64,000 nucleotides of DNA. It comes from Azolla caroliniana. Lineage: Eukaryota > Plantae > Polypodiophyta. The notes beneath the pieces were generated by a model. The model searched no databases. It worked only from the letters and a program-made list of their open reading frames with translations, and had not been told where the DNA came from. The translations under genes and the position numbers were made by a program. The stretch is from NCBI GenBank assembly GCA_043228905.1, contig JBHGNT010000001.1, positions 31,992,001 to 32,056,000 on the forward strand. The letters are read 5' to 3'. The number at the start of each line of letters is the position of its first letter. Within the stretch, counting starts at the first letter, position 1. Shown piece after piece: positions 39,414 to 52,721 of the stretch.

Positions 39414-39748
39414 ACCATGGTTTCAACGGTTTCAACGGTTTGGTTTCAACCGTCAAAAACTACGGTTTAACGGTTTTAATTTTTTAATTTTGGTTTTTAA
39501 AACTTAAAAAATTGTTTTAAACAATTTTTTCATTTTTACACCTTATTCTCACATTTTAGGAACATCTTAAAAATTCTAAAAATTCTAAATAATGAAATTT
39601 TATAAATTTTAAAAAATTAAAATTTTGATCTATGTTGAAAACCGAAACTAAACCACGAAACTGCGATTTTTACGGTTTAATGGTTTAACGGTTTGAAAAT
39701 AGTTTAACGGTTCAGATTTAAAAAAATTTAACCATTGCCATACATGGT
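39414..39748. mobile_element. MITE-like element with repeated AACCG/CGGTT subterminal motifs
   Basis: Ends accatg...catggt, many aacggttt/aaaccg motifs and an AT-rich core. Confidence 0.55.
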
Positions 39749-41567
39749 AACAGAACGAGGCTGGTAGCTTGATCTAAGCCCATCCGTGTGTGTTGTGCCT
39801 ACGCCAACGTTTAAGAAGAACCGGTTGATCTCTGTCATAGCACTCCTACAAAGCTCGTATCCGATAGAGAAGAAGAAGAAGGTGGAAACTCATTTCGACC
39901 GACATGAATACTCAGATGGGTATATCTCTTCTTTGTGAAAAGTTGGACAAAAACAACTTTGCATTTTGGGAATACAAGATGCACCAATATCTTGTCAGTC
40001 AAGGCTATTAGAGTTACATTGAAGGAGCTCAAAAAACGAAACCCAACCCATGGGAGCAAGCGAAAAGTTGTGTGTTTTTCACCTGGCATCATGTGTTCAG
40101 AACCACATGCTCGATTACATTCAGGAAGCAAAGACACCAAAAGAAGAGTGGGATAATCTCAAGAAGATATTCACAACCAACACAACCGCACAAAAACTTT
40201 AACTCCGTCAAGAGTTGAATAACATCCAAGAGACAGATATATCCATCGTTAGCTACACCTTCAAGATCAAGGAGTTGTGTGACTCACTCGGCTCAATCAA
40301 CGTGAATGTTAATGATGACAAAATGGTGCAAATATACTTTTGCGACCTCGCACCACGATTCGACACAATGAGATCGGTCGTCCTCGCTAGAGAAGATCCT
40401 CCCTCATATGCTCTACTCACATTCGTATAGTGGTAGACGATGCAGTCGGGAAAGAAGAGACCGATTCGGCCAAGGGCATAGCGGATGAAGTCCGCTCCAT
40501 AAAAACAACTCCCACTTTCGGTAAGAAAACGTAAACACCCAAGAACGTTCGACGGAAGGGGGAGTTTCCATGCCAAACCGACTCAACAAAACAACACTGT
40601 TGAATGTGGATACTATGGTAAATTGGGCCACCATGAAGAGGAGTGTCGGAAGTAGAGGAGTGAGTCGGCTTCCACAAGCTAACAACTCACAAACTATGCC
40701 ATCAACTCAGACTATGACAATTATAGAGGAATGTTAGTGATGAGACATAGCGCGAACTCTATGGCGGCCTCCGGCTCGACTAGGACCTCTAACTCAAAAG
40801 ACATATGGTTCTTCACCTCTAGCACCTCCAACCACATGATGTCGCATTAAGAAGGGTCCGAGACTTGCAAGCGGCTAATCGAGCCGACTATTGTCGGACT
40901 AGGAATGACACCGCTGACCCAATTCGACATGTCAGCAACGTCCAATTTAAGAAAGAAGGCGGTCAAACATATATTAAAAACTTGTTGATGTTTTAATTAT
41001 ATCGAAGAATTTGATCTCGATTGGCCCAATCGTGGAACAAGGCATGGAAGTCCATTTCAATCACGGAGGTTGCTTCATTAGGAAGGAGGGCCGATCCATC
41101 GCTCTCGAATGAAGAGAACGCCGAATGTTCGTTCTTGACCCAAACGGAGTGAAATCAGCCGTGTTCGCAAAGGGCCATAAAGTAGACACAGACATAGAGT
41201 TGTGGCACAAAATAATTGACCACATCAATCTACAAAAGCTTGACAAGAACACGCAATCGAAAGGAGTTGTCATTGAACTCCTGACTTTCAAAGAAAAGGA
41301 GATTGAATGCGTATGTAACGCTTGACAATCGGCAAACAACATCGACACTCGTTTCGGAAAGGGAGAGATGAAAGTAAAGGCCTCTTGGACGTAGTCCACT
41401 CAGATGTTGGGAACCTGGCAGCATGAACAACAACATTCAGTAGATGTCAATATTGCGTCACATTCATCAACAACTAGACCAAGCACACTTGGATTTATCC
41501 AATGCATCACAACAACATAGTGTTTACACACTTCCAACAATTTGACATGTTCGATGCCTTCCGACGG

Positions 41568-42383
41568 TGTCGCGGAAATCTGCATGTGCACGTCGGCTTG
41601 GGCAAAACAACGGGGTTCTTGGACTAGGTAGTAAAAGAGGGGAAATGGGAGCTTAACCCTTACGAGCTTCCGAGCACAAAAGGGGAAGAACAATGTGCGA
41701 AAGATTAACAAGATAAAGAGCTAGACCGAGACAAGGTTCATCAAGCTAGTTCCATTATAGGGCACGAAAGCCACAATATGATTTACAATCGTGGCCATTT
41801 AGGCCGAAATCAAGCACAACTAGATGAAAACCTAATCGGATAGGAAGAAGAAGAAGAACTAAACCCAAATCAAGAAAAAGGAAAACGATATGGAGGGAAC
41901 CTCAAACCAAAACCCTAAAATTAAAATAGGGATAAGACAAAGAAAAACTAAAACCATAAGGGTCCACCTCAAACGACAAAATGGTAACCCCTCAATGGTG
42001 CCTCATCACCTCCTTTTATACTAGAAAAAGGTGAGGCTTATTACAAAGGGAGAGACCAAATATTTCTCCCTTTTCGAAAAAGAATATTTGCCTTGATTTT
42101 AGGAGGAGAGATTGATGCTGCCATAACTCCTTATCCTCTCGTTTCACACACACACACACACACCACCATGCCCACTTCTCATTACACCCTTACTTCTATG
42201 CACTCTCTTTTCCTAGGTGTGCATGTGCACCTAAGTGCACATCACATTATTTACCTTCCTTATACATTAAAAGTTTTCTTATTCCTATTTACAAATTTTC
42301 CTAAGTGCATGTGCAATGTTGCACATCCCCGTTTTCATTCGTCCCACTCGGTTCTCTCACCGTAGCCAAAATCCCTCATGACA
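41568..42383 (-). mobile_element. Solo LTR inserted in the copia integrase (resembles the LTR at 37482)
   Basis: tgtcgcg...catgaca ends and a shared cctccttttata motif. The integrase reading resumes after it. The TSD is imperfect. Confidence 0.7.
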
Positions 42384-44791
42384 ACGAATTGAGGAAAAAA
42401 ATATTTTTCTAATCTATGTGCGGCAAGGAGGATTGCGGTGAGAATTTACGTGCCGACATACACCTCGACTAAATAGAGTAGCCGAAAGGAAGAATTGGAA
42501 CATACTTGAAGTGGCTAGGCCATGATAAAGGTAGCAACCATTCATGAGCTGGAAACTTTTGCAAAAGTTGTTCAAGATCTGCAATGGGTAGAACCAATAA
42601 ACCAAGGACTTCAAGCAACATGTTTGCGTTCACAAGTGGAAGGATAAGGAATATTCCATTTGATTTTGGGGCTTTTTTTGCCATTTCACAAAACACTTGA
42701 TGAAAGTTGATAAAAAAGTTAAAATTTTCACCATTTGGTAGAATTGGAAAGTAACTTCTTTGTGTATTTTTAAGGAAAAATGACAACTAATAAATTTTAG
42801 ATCTTAAAGAATTCAGAAGCAAAAGATTTCAAAACAATCAAATTTTTTATATCATTCGATAAAATGTTGTCTAAATTTGTTACATATCATTGCACAAAAA
42901 ATAAATTCAAGTGTTATTTGCATCACTATGATCACTCCTTTAATGAGAATCACTACTATACCTGATATACAATTGTGACTCTTCTTTCTCGTTTTCAAAT
43001 GTACCAATCAAATCATTGTCTTCACCAAATGGTGTCTCCAAATTGTGTGCACTAAATCTTGTTAACCATCAATCTAAGACATCTTTAAGACCTGGTAATA
43101 TCTCTTTGATTATGTCTATCATTGTCTTCCTTAAACGTCCAACTTTTGTCAATGTAAAGTCATACACAATTATATCCACCTCACTAATGTCAATGATAGA
43201 TGTATTACAAAGGTGCAATGCATCACCAAGTCCAAAACTTTACCAATCCAGAATTGGTGCCCTATGTCATGTCCATGTACATATGTAGCTATTAATATCC
43301 CCACCTTCAGGTCTTGCAAATTTTCTCGTCACCTAAGTTATGCTCGTGTTGCCATCCTTGGTTCCACAAAAAATGTTTCTCTATTGTGGATGGACCACAT
43401 TAAGTGCTTGAAGTGCTGATTGAGAACCACAAGAATATTTTATAGACCATGTAAACGGCATTTGCAAGGTTCAATTACCATCAACACAATTATTAATGGT
43501 TTTCTGTTGATCAATGAAGAACATGTTCACCATAAGGTATCTTGTTGTGCAACATACTTCTTTGCCTTGGCCCTTATCAATATGCTTCTTTTCCTTTTGT
43601 AAATACAGAGATTTTAGTACAATTCGAGTTCATGTTAAAAAAAAATCTTTTATTTGGGAATGAAAAAACATTTTTAAACATGAACTCGATACATTTTATC
43701 GAGTTGATGTAAAAAACAAAGTTTTCATCACATCAAATTTATGTTTAGAGTTTTTTTCCCCACATTTAAAAAAAAAATTGAGCTTGAGTCGATGAAAAAA
43801 CCAAAGTTTTCATCACAATTTGATACAATGTGTCGAGTTCATGTTCAAAAGTTAGGGTTTATTTTTTGACTTTTTAAAAAAAAATTGGTTTATTTTTTGT
43901 TTTCTTTCGGGAAAAAAATTTTAAACATGAATTTGGTACATTGTATCAAATTGTGATGAAAAATATGGTTTTTTCATCAAATCAAGTTCAATTTATATTT
44001 TTTAAAACCAAACTAAATAGAAAACAATTATAAAAAAAAACTTTAAACATGAACACAATACAATGTATTAATTTATACTCCAACTTTTTAACATGAAGTC
44101 GATACATTGTATCAAATTTTACCGCAAAGTCTGTGTTTTACAATTAAAATTATTGAGTTGCTTAATACATTGTATATTTTCACAAATAATCTCTATTTTT
44201 GTAATGAATTTCTATTTTTTTCCAAGATTTTCCTTTAGAAAAATTGTTTGATGGGAGTGTTTTTATTGCACTATTTAGTGTTTGTTTTACATATTATTTA
44301 ACTAAAATTCATTTATTCTTACGATATTTCACATTTATCTGCCTCTTTTTGGCATTTAAAGCCCTTTTTTAGAGTTGTTAGAAATTACTTATTGGTTCAT
44401 ATATTTGAGTTTTCTCTATATTTTTCGATCTTGCACCTACAAGGTCAACTGAAAATTAGGATGAGCATACGGTCAAGGAAATTCATTTGAATAATCGAGG
44501 TTTGCCTTATCTACCCAACATTAGGAAGCCACCTATAGTCAGAGAGCAAAGAAATATTGTTCAACAAAGATATACCAAGACAATCCATCAGTACAAAGCC
44601 AGACCCATAACAAAAGGCTACACTCAAACCCACGGTGTCGATTATGAAGAGACCTTTGCTATGGTGACAAAGATGATGACCGTTTAGACCGTGATTGTGC
44701 TTGTAGCAGCAAAAGGATGGCATCTCCATTAAATAGACGTAAAGAATGCATTTCTCCAAGGTCAATTAGAAGAGGTGTATATGTTACAACT

Positions 44792-45151
44792 TGTCGAATA
44801 CGGTTATATAATGGTCATATTCACATTGTCCCGTTGGACACACTAGGTCTAGGCTATTTTTGTAAATAGTGGAAAGGGCAGTTGCCCTAATCAGTCAGTA
44901 TTTAAACTGACTTTTGTAACCTAGTTTTAAGGGTTGTTCATTTTGTACACTATGCCATTGTAACTTTGAGAGGATTAAATCAGTTACATCTTATTTGTGC
45001 CTATTTTGGTGTACTTCTCGTTGTCTTTCTTGTTGATCTTGTCTTATGATTCAGTTGTATTGTGTTCACAATCTGTTTACTTGTAATCTCTCAAGATCTT
45101 CATATCAAAGAGTGTTGGTTTTGTTCCACATCCTTATGACGGCATCCAACA
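44792..45151 (+). mobile_element. Solo LTR (360 bp) inserted in the copia RT
   Basis: TGTCGAAT...ATCCAACA, flanked by caact/caacc (4/5 TSD). It splits RT between VYMLQ and QPPGF. Confidence 0.75.
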
Positions 45152-46154
45152 CAACCACCCGGCTTCAAATCAAGATCACATTTGACTATTGTATGCCGAC
45201 TCAAAAAGCCTCTCTATAGCTTCAAGCAAGGCCTAAATCCATGGTATTTGAAGATAACCTGATATCTCATCAAGTCAGCTTCAAAATGTCCAAGTTCGAC
45301 AATTCCTTAATCATCTGAAATGACTCCAGAGATTAATTATTCATCATAATAAATGTAAATGAGTTGGTAATTAGAGGACAACACATAGGCGACATCAATA
45401 ATATCAAGATCCGCCTCTTCGGAAAATTCAAAATGAAGGACATGAAAGAGCACCAGTACTTCCTAGGCATCGAAGTAATTTAGACTCTTAACAGCATCTT
45501 GATCTCCCAACACCACTACATCTTAAACCTCCTATTCAAGTTCGGGATGACAGAATGCAAGCTTGTGACAACCCCTCTCGATCAAAATTTGAAATTAGAT
45601 GCCCGCTCCAACACAAAAGTGTGCGAGCTGGCACACTATTGGTAGCTAGTAGAAGCCTAACCTATCGAACTATCACCTGACCCGACCTCGGGTATCTGTT
45701 TGACCTCCTTAACCAATTCATGTAGATGGCACGCCCTTTGTAACTTAGGGGATGGTCATTGTGGTTGTATTGAAGCACCTCGCCCTCACCTAACTTGAAA
45801 AAGTGAGTTCAAAGAACTTCTATAGCTCTTTGAGGGCTAGGTAGGACTCGAGGGGATACTAATATGGGGTTTGATATATCTTCACATTTTGACACTAAAG
45901 CATCTAGCCACTTTATTGTGGGGCCCAAAATGGGGATTAATATTAATATGGCAAATTTGATATTTTTGCATTCTATAGCCACTTCATCATTTGTACCCTT
46001 AGCAATCTATTGTTTATCACATATTTTTCTATATTTTTGCACTAACATCGCCTAAGGAGTCGAATACATCATTTACTCCCCATTTTTTAAACAATGTTCG
46101 TAAATCCAAGCACACAACCAAATGAGAGTATTTTGCATGCCATTTCCCAAGCCT

Positions 46155-46595
46155 CAGAGCAAACGAGCTCAAGAAACCCTAAATCCCTAAACACACCTAA
46201 CACACCAAAAGGGGCCCCAAAATGGAGATAGAAAAGAAAACACAAAAAGGGGAACCCCTAATAAGAGCCCCGTCACCTCCTTTTATAGTCCAAAGAGGGA
46301 GGGTCGTTACAAGGGTCGATCAAATCTTCCCCTCTTTTCTTGCCTTCATTTAAGGAGTGATTGAAAGGTACATTTAAAACTCCTCTCACTTTAACATTCA
46401 CCCCACTACCCACTATGTGCGCAAGTGCATTGATATCCAAATCACATTTATTCCCTCACTAACTCCTTTGTGCACTTCAGTGCCCTTTACATTTACCCTT
46501 TATTTCTATTTACAATTTTCCTATGTGCATGTGCAAGTCATTGCACATCCCCGTTCTACTCGATTTTCCCATCGTTGCCGGAAATCTTCACGACA
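46155..46595 (-). mobile_element. Partial LTR related to those at 37482 and 41568
   Basis: cctccttttatag, ttacaaggg, gtgcatgtgcaa..ttgcacatcccc and terminal cttcacgaca. Absent from the paralogous region at ~54485-54615. Confidence 0.65.
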
Positions 46596-47064
46596 ACATA
46601 ACTGTCTACACATAAGAACATTCATCAATTTCATTCCATCCATTGAGATAGTGTCACCCTAAACTAGTTCCACTCTAGTATTAGCAAAATTAGACCACCA
46701 TAACATTGAATAACATAAACTTCACCTCCCATTACCTATTGAGTGTATTACTATTCAAACATATAAATAACTATTTTGATGGGCTTGAGGTCAATGCTTA
46801 CAAGATGATTTCCACCTATTTCTCATTGCATGGACATGAAACTATGACATTTGAAGCTATGGACCAACATGTGTGTGTGTGAGAGAGAGGTAATTGAGTT
46901 AGGTATGCCTGGAGGGTTGTGGTTTAGTCGGCAACATTGCTTGGTGTGAAGAGTAGAAGGTCACGAGTTCATTCCGTAGGATCATCTAGTGAGGGAGTTT
47001 ATATAGTGAGATTTGTATTGGGATAAAACCCTAATATAGAAAAACGAGATAAGTCTAATTTATA

Positions 47065-47237
47065 TGGATGTAGCTCAATTGGTAAGTTTGCCCAATGAAG
47101 ACCAAGAGATCATGGATTCAACCCCTACATTCTAAAGTGGCATTGAGTGAATTAAAAGTTATGTATTGAGTAATAGAGATGTGAGAAAAATTGGGATTTG
47201 AGCCCACAATTTAATACTTGTGGTGTAGCGACTTACT
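47065..47237. mobile_element. Third, inverted and more diverged copy of the tRNA-derived SINE-like repeat
   Basis: tggatgtagctcaattggtaag...catggattcaacccctacattc is the reverse complement of the unit at 37001-37190. Confidence 0.6.
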
Positions 47238-47536
47238 TTAAAGAAAAAAGAGAGAACATATAGTACATTAAATGTTGAGGGTGACCCTAATTACCTTAAC
47301 GATTTTCTTATTATTATTATTCATTTATTTATTGTGCCTCATTAGCTTAGTTCATATATACATACATACATCTAACAATTAGGGATAAGATTTGACTGAA
47401 GAATCAAGATTAACTAACCTACTGATCTTCCTCATGCACTATATATTTGATATACATAAACATTGGTGGGGAAAATATTTGAGCTTTAGAATGAATATGA
47501 AGGTAAGCAAGTGGACATTAAATTTGATGGGCCCAT

Positions 47537-47612
<76 letters not shown>

Positions 47613-48118
47613 GGAATGCCTTCACTTTTGATTTGCAAGTTGAGGTGAGAAATATGTTGTAAAGTTAAAGAACTTCTTTTGTGGCAATTGACATTGCTAG
47701 AGTAGTCAGGAAATCTCAACCATGAAGAAAGAGAACTTTACAAGGTCACAGATCATCATATTCACCATTTGAATTGTTGTGTAGGTTGGCAAGGAGTTTG
47801 GAGTCGTAGTAGTATTTAGATCCTTGGAAGGGTTTTTCTATACTTTGTAGTGAGTAAGTTAGTCGTGGTGGTGTTTATTTCTCTCGTAATAAAAGCCATT
47901 ATTTACAACAACAAAAAAGAGGGTTAAAAGTCATGGAGATGAGAATAGTGAAGGTCCCCAAATTTCCACAAGACAACATGCACGGAAGATTAAAGTCGCA
48001 AGTGGAGGAAAGCTTTTCTTAAAGTAAAGTAAGGTTGTTAAAGATGGGCACATAGACTTTCCAAGAGTAGTTATTTGATGAAGATATTGTGGGCGGTAAT
48101 TTGCTGCTGGATTGCCCT

Positions 48119-48350
48119 TTGACCAATACATATTAGCTTTTGACCTTTACTAGGACCAGAGATCTGGTCTAAAGAATTTCCAAAAACAGGAGACTGAGTC
48201 AAGGGCTCTAGCTGGCATATTGACTGGATGAAGGTTCCTGCAACCTATAATAATAACAGAATTGTCCATAACTGAACAAATGCATACATATGTATAGAGT
48301 CTAGGCCAGAGAATTCCTCATCCAAATCTCCCTGAAAAACCAAACCCTAA
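48119..48350 (+). promoter_or_regulatory. W-box cluster, TATA and telo-box upstream of copy 5
   Basis: TTGACC 48119, TTGACC 48140, AGTCAA 48197, TTGACT 48220; tatataa ~48247; AAACCCTAA 48342. Confidence 0.55.
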
Positions 48351-48387
48351 ACTTCCATTTTCATCCACCTGCTACTCACTCTTCCTC

Positions 48388-49088
48388 ATGGCAGTCGACC
48401 TACGCCAGGCAATATATATGGCCGGCCAAACATTCTTCGAATACGGAATGAACCCAGAAGAAAAGTGGGCGAGTGTCTCTAAATTCAAGGGTCTGGATGA
48501 TGATGGAGATAGAAGAGTCTCGTTCCGGGAGCTTAAAAACATGCGTGGGATCATGAATCCAGCCATAGCTGTTAGGGTTTGCAGGTTGTTTGGGTTGGTG
48601 GACAGAGACGGCAACGGCTTCCTGGACTTCGAAGAGTGCAAGGCACTCTTCTTTCTGGTGGCCAAGGGACGTTTCTGCGATCAATGCAACAACCTCATCA
48701 TTCGGGATGGCGTCTCTTGCCTGGACGGCTCGTCCCATTCTTTCGACCTTTGCTATTACTGTGTTCATGGCCATAGCCACAACCAGTACCGCTTTCAAGC
48801 CCTTCAACCCTTGATTAGTAGCTGCCCCCAGCACCTGCTTCCACCCGTCGCATTCCTGCAGGCCCCACCCCAGCAGGTGAGCAAAAAACAAATCTTTGTC
48901 AATGTCATGATGATCCTTGGATGTAATTATCTCATGTGCATATATGTATACACTACCATCATGATTGACCCTGGAACCCCTTTCCATTGTAGCATCGCGG
49001 CTTTACACAGACTGCAGGACATGTGGCGACTGCTTTGGGTCATGCGGCTAATATCATGAGTCTTATCAATGCGTGCTCTATTATGTGA
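48388..49088 (+). CDS. EF-hand/ZZ-like/CaaX family copy 5 (subfamily B, ~194 aa, ends CSIM)
   Basis: Exons 48388-48876 and 48993-49088. EF loops DDDGDRRVSFRE and DRDGNGFLDFEE; CDQC..CLDG..FDLCYYC; last exon HRGFTQTAGHVATALGHAANIMSLINACSIM*. Confidence 0.85.
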
Positions 49089-50391
49089 GGCAAAGAGTTC
49101 TCGAATTCTCCTCCAAATTTGTTCTATCCATGCTACATTTCAAGATCATGAATCATTTAGTTAAAGCCTAGAGCACCACACAGTAGTAGTTCTCTTCCCT
49201 TCTGTGTGAGTACATCTAGAAGCACATATGTACAAAGTTCATATTTTAGTTTCCAATCATCCATTCATTATTACCTTCTTGCCTCTTTCTACATCTCCTT
49301 CCAAGTTATAATTGCCACTCTAGTAAAAAGACTTGGGCAAGGGGTCCCAGGATCAACTGTTCAAATCTTTATAAATTTGGATTCACTTTGTTAAACATGT
49401 TAAATCACGTATGGTGCACCATACTCCAGGACCATAGGGAACCAGCATTAAACTGCCCCCATAAGCAAGACAACTCATGAAGAGAGAGCGAGAGAGCGAG
49501 AGCTCATATGAGACCAGGAACATCTAGGGACACTAATCAATTCTATCCATAAATCTTTCAGTCAGTGGCATAACCTTTAATTAAGGGAAAGTAGCTTCTA
49601 TGTCCTTTTCATCTATGGACATCAAAGGACAATAATAAATTCTATCCATAAATGGTTACCTTTCTCTCCATGACAACACCTTTAATTAGAGGAAAGTAGT
49701 CGCATCAGCTAACTAAAGGCATGATTCTTGTGTAACGTTATTATGATCCCTGTGTTGAGCATGAGAGAAAGTTATGTAACTCTCTTTGTGTATGATAAAG
49801 AGATGCACATAGATTTTCTAAATGTTGATAAAAATTAAGTGGAGGCTAGATCTTGATCATTAAAACCCACTCATAATAATGCAAGTTTGAGCAGACCCTT
49901 CCCGTTCTCTCTTTCTCATAGCCCTGCATATGGTTTCTAAGCTCTTGGATCTCAACTCCTCCCATTATAATGATGTAATGGTTCGTTTCCTCATGACATA
50001 ATCCAACGATGTCTCATTAGCTCACATTTAGTTCTTCCTCTTTGGTTTCCGCTTCTCATTATAATTAGTACATGTATTATAACTCAAATGCAATCTTTAA
50101 TTCCTCAGAAAGCCATGCCACAATGCACGTTCAGAATGCACCAAGCACAACAAAAAGAAAACTTTGGTTTGCAAGGTATCGGATAAGAAGCGTAAATGTT
50201 ATTTTCAGACTTCAGAATTGGGACAAAACCATACGGACCTATGACACATGACCCATCTTCAATTGCATGTAAAATATTAATAATTGAACATTGCTGGACG
50301 TTCTAAGAGAGAATTTCCAAGCTCATAATTTGACATCCAAAACCCTAACTGAAGTCCAATCCTCACTTCCTCCATTGATTACTTAATTCAA

Positions 50392-50557
50392 ATCACACGA
50401 GCCTGGGCACAGATTCTTCGACCAAATGACCGCACATGAACAGCAAACAAATTTGGTTGAAATTCGAGCTCCTAAATATGAGTAGAAGGTGTCCATTCAT
50501 CTGTAGCTGATAGGGTTAGCAGGTTGTTTGATATGGTGGATAGAGACAGCAATGGAG
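50392..50557 (+). pseudogene. Decayed family remnant (no start codon, internal deletions)
   Basis: HEPGHRFFDQMTAHEQQ ... DRVSRLFDMVDRDSNG, preceded by the subfamily-B gagaatttccaagctc and aaaccctaa promoter pieces. Confidence 0.7.
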
Positions 50558-51974
50558 CCAGAGCACGTTTTTGGTATTAAACTTTGAATTGAGACCTAAA
50601 AGTGCAACATCATTAGAATTTACCTTTCTAAGTACCTAATATATAGATTAACTTCCATGCCTATCATTAAACAGGAAAGCATTATCCATATCCCAGATTA
50701 GGGTTTAACCCCACCACTGATAACATAACAATTGGAATATGATCTCCATGTCTATCATTTCGACCCTACTTATGAATAAAGACCATTGTGTAGGCCTTGA
50801 ATCCCAATGGGTCAATAACTTGCAAAAAATCTTTGATAAATCCCCGACCGTCTTTAACATTATGAGAAATAAGGCAATAAATAAACCTCAATCACAATCC
50901 CCTCCTGACTCTAAGCTGAACCAACTTGTACCTCCCTAATCAAATCTACAAATAAATAACGTTGCACAACTTCATTCACAAAAGGTTTGCCTCCGTGATG
51001 ACATATCACAAAGGAAATGCTGGCAGATTTTAATGAAAGCATATATCCATTTCTAATCAAGCTCGGAAAGAATAATTATAACTATTACTTATAAATCATG
51101 GTAAAAATGTTTTCCTGCCAATGCTTCCATGAACTCGGAAGAGAGACTCCTCTTTCTTCTTTTATCTATTTCACCCATCCAATGGTTCCGATGGACTCTA
51201 GAAAAAAAATCTACTTTTTTTTATCCTACCATTGTTTGACCCCTTCCCAACCACCTTTGGAATATCCAACTCTTGAGTTTTTACTTGCACCCTATCCTTT
51301 GATTTCTTTGGTGAGTTTCATGTCTTTCGAGAACCTTGCAATCGATGTCTCGTTTCACACTCAAATTATGTGTTTTAGGTGCCCAGACTGAACTTTGCTT
51401 CCACTACTCTTTTCTCTTAGTCAAAGAAGGCCGTCCACAGAAATACACAATTGTATGTATGTATGTGTGCATGCATGTATATGTATATCATATATGTATG
51501 TAGGTATGATTTGGTGTATGTGATTTATGTAGGTTCCACCATAACTATGCTTTCTTCTTAGCTCAAATGCGTGTTTTGTCTCCCCTGCTTTTCTATATCT
51601 CCTCACCGAGTAGGATGAAGAGGTCATCCATCTCTTGCCTCCCACGATTCCTCGTTGGAATATCTTCCTTATTCACACCCATGGACACGCTTTCCTCTTT
51701 CTGCACCCGATTGAATGGCTTGATAGATCCATGATGCGTCCTACTCACCTTGCATCTTCTGGATTCAACACACATGTCTCACTTGTCAGTCCCACTGATT
51801 CTTCAAACATTTTACTGTTGATCCCCCGTTCCGCCAGAAATTTTCGATGCAGATGATCTGTGAATAAAAAGTTTCTCAATCGGAGGGGGACTTCAGAGGC
51901 TAGCCACCTCTTTCTGATCGTTTCTTCCCAACTAAAAACACCGGGTCCATTTCGCAGTGGATCAATCATCAGAC

Positions 51975-52721
51975 ATGTCGAGCTTAAGCCAAGAAATACA
52001 TGAGGCTGGGCAAAGATTCTTCGAGGGATTGATGCCACACGAAAAGCAACAGCTTTGGTACAGATTCATGGAACTGGATGAGAATGGAGACGGGAGAATC
52101 ACGGTCCAGGAGCTTCTAAACAGGCATAGGATCCTCAACGGAGGAGCTGTAGATGATAGGGTTAGGATGCTGTTTCCCTTGGTGGACGAAGACCGAAACG
52201 GCTATCTTGACTACGATGAGTGCAAGGCACTCTTCTTTCTGTTCACCTGCGGACGTTTCTGCGATGCGTGCAGGAGTCTGATCATTTATGATGGCGTCGT
52301 TTGCGTGGACTGCGGACTCGACCTTTGCTCTTCCTGTACTCATACTCATCGCCATCGCCAGTACCACCATCGCTTGCAAGCCCTTCCGCCCTTGCTTAGT
52401 AGCCGCCGCCGCCGCCCCCAGCAGCTTTTTCCTCCTGCACCCGCCCATCAACATCAACTTGTGCCACTGCAGGTGAGAAATCTACTCCTTTCCCCATTAC
52501 ATGTAACAAATCTACCACACACTCATCATGATCCAACAACGTTTCTGTTTGTATCATCTCTTCCAGTATACACACCCCATACTGCTGCTAACATAGCTTC
52601 TCCCTTGCAGAACGCTCCCAACAACATTGCAGGCATTGGCCAGGCAGTGTATGGTGCGTTGGTTGTGGGGAATGCTGTGTCAAACGTCCTTAATCTTGTC
52701 AGTTTGTGTTCTATTATGTGA
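51975..52721 (+). CDS. EF-hand/ZZ-like/CaaX family copy 6 (~202 aa spliced, ends CSIM)
   Basis: Exons 51975-52472 and 52611-52721; the 138-nt intron is in frame and stop-free. EF loops DENGDGRITVQE and DEDRNGYLDYDE; CDAC..CVDC.LDLCSSC; ends GNAVSNVLNLVSLCSIM*. Confidence 0.88.
   Translation: MSSLSQEIHEAGQRFFEGLMPHEKQQLWYRFMELDENGDGRITVQELLNRHRILNGGAVDDRVRMLFPLVDEDRNGYLDYDECKALFFLFTCGRFCDACRSLIIYDGVVCVDCGLDLCSSCTHTHRHRQYHHRLQALPPLLSSRRRRPQQLFPPAPAHQHQLVPLQVRNLLLSPLHVTNLPHTHHDPTTFLFVSSLPVYTPHTAANIASPLQNAPNNIAGIGQAVYGALVVGNAVSNVLNLVSLCSIM

Larger units (their letters stand above)
40050..45735 (+). mobile_element. Decayed Ty1/copia element (gag-PR-IN-RT) with nested insertions
   Basis: gag AKTPKEEWDNLKKIF..KIKELCDSL; knuckle GKLGHHEEECR; protease-like WFFTSSTSNHM; ELWHKIIDHIN; integrase LDVVHSDV and NRVAERKNWNILEVAR; RT YKARPITKGYTQTHGVDYEETF, DVKNAFLQG, QPPGF, FGMTECK. 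Many stops. Confidence 0.85.

Noticed and set aside
37326-39507. Dense overlapping ORFs on both strands
   Set aside because: GC-rich LTR and internal retrotransposon sequence depleted of stop codons, with no recognisable domains.
48400-48987. Recurrent antisense ORFs over family exon 1 (also 10990-, 16373-, 52116-) and over last exons (16791-, 26385-)
   Set aside because: They recur only because the sense genes are paralogous. Starts and stops are not conserved and there are no domain features.
51957-51974. Upstream non-ATG start given by the ORF track for copy 6
   Set aside because: The conserved gacATGtcg context shared with the paralogues places the start at 51975.
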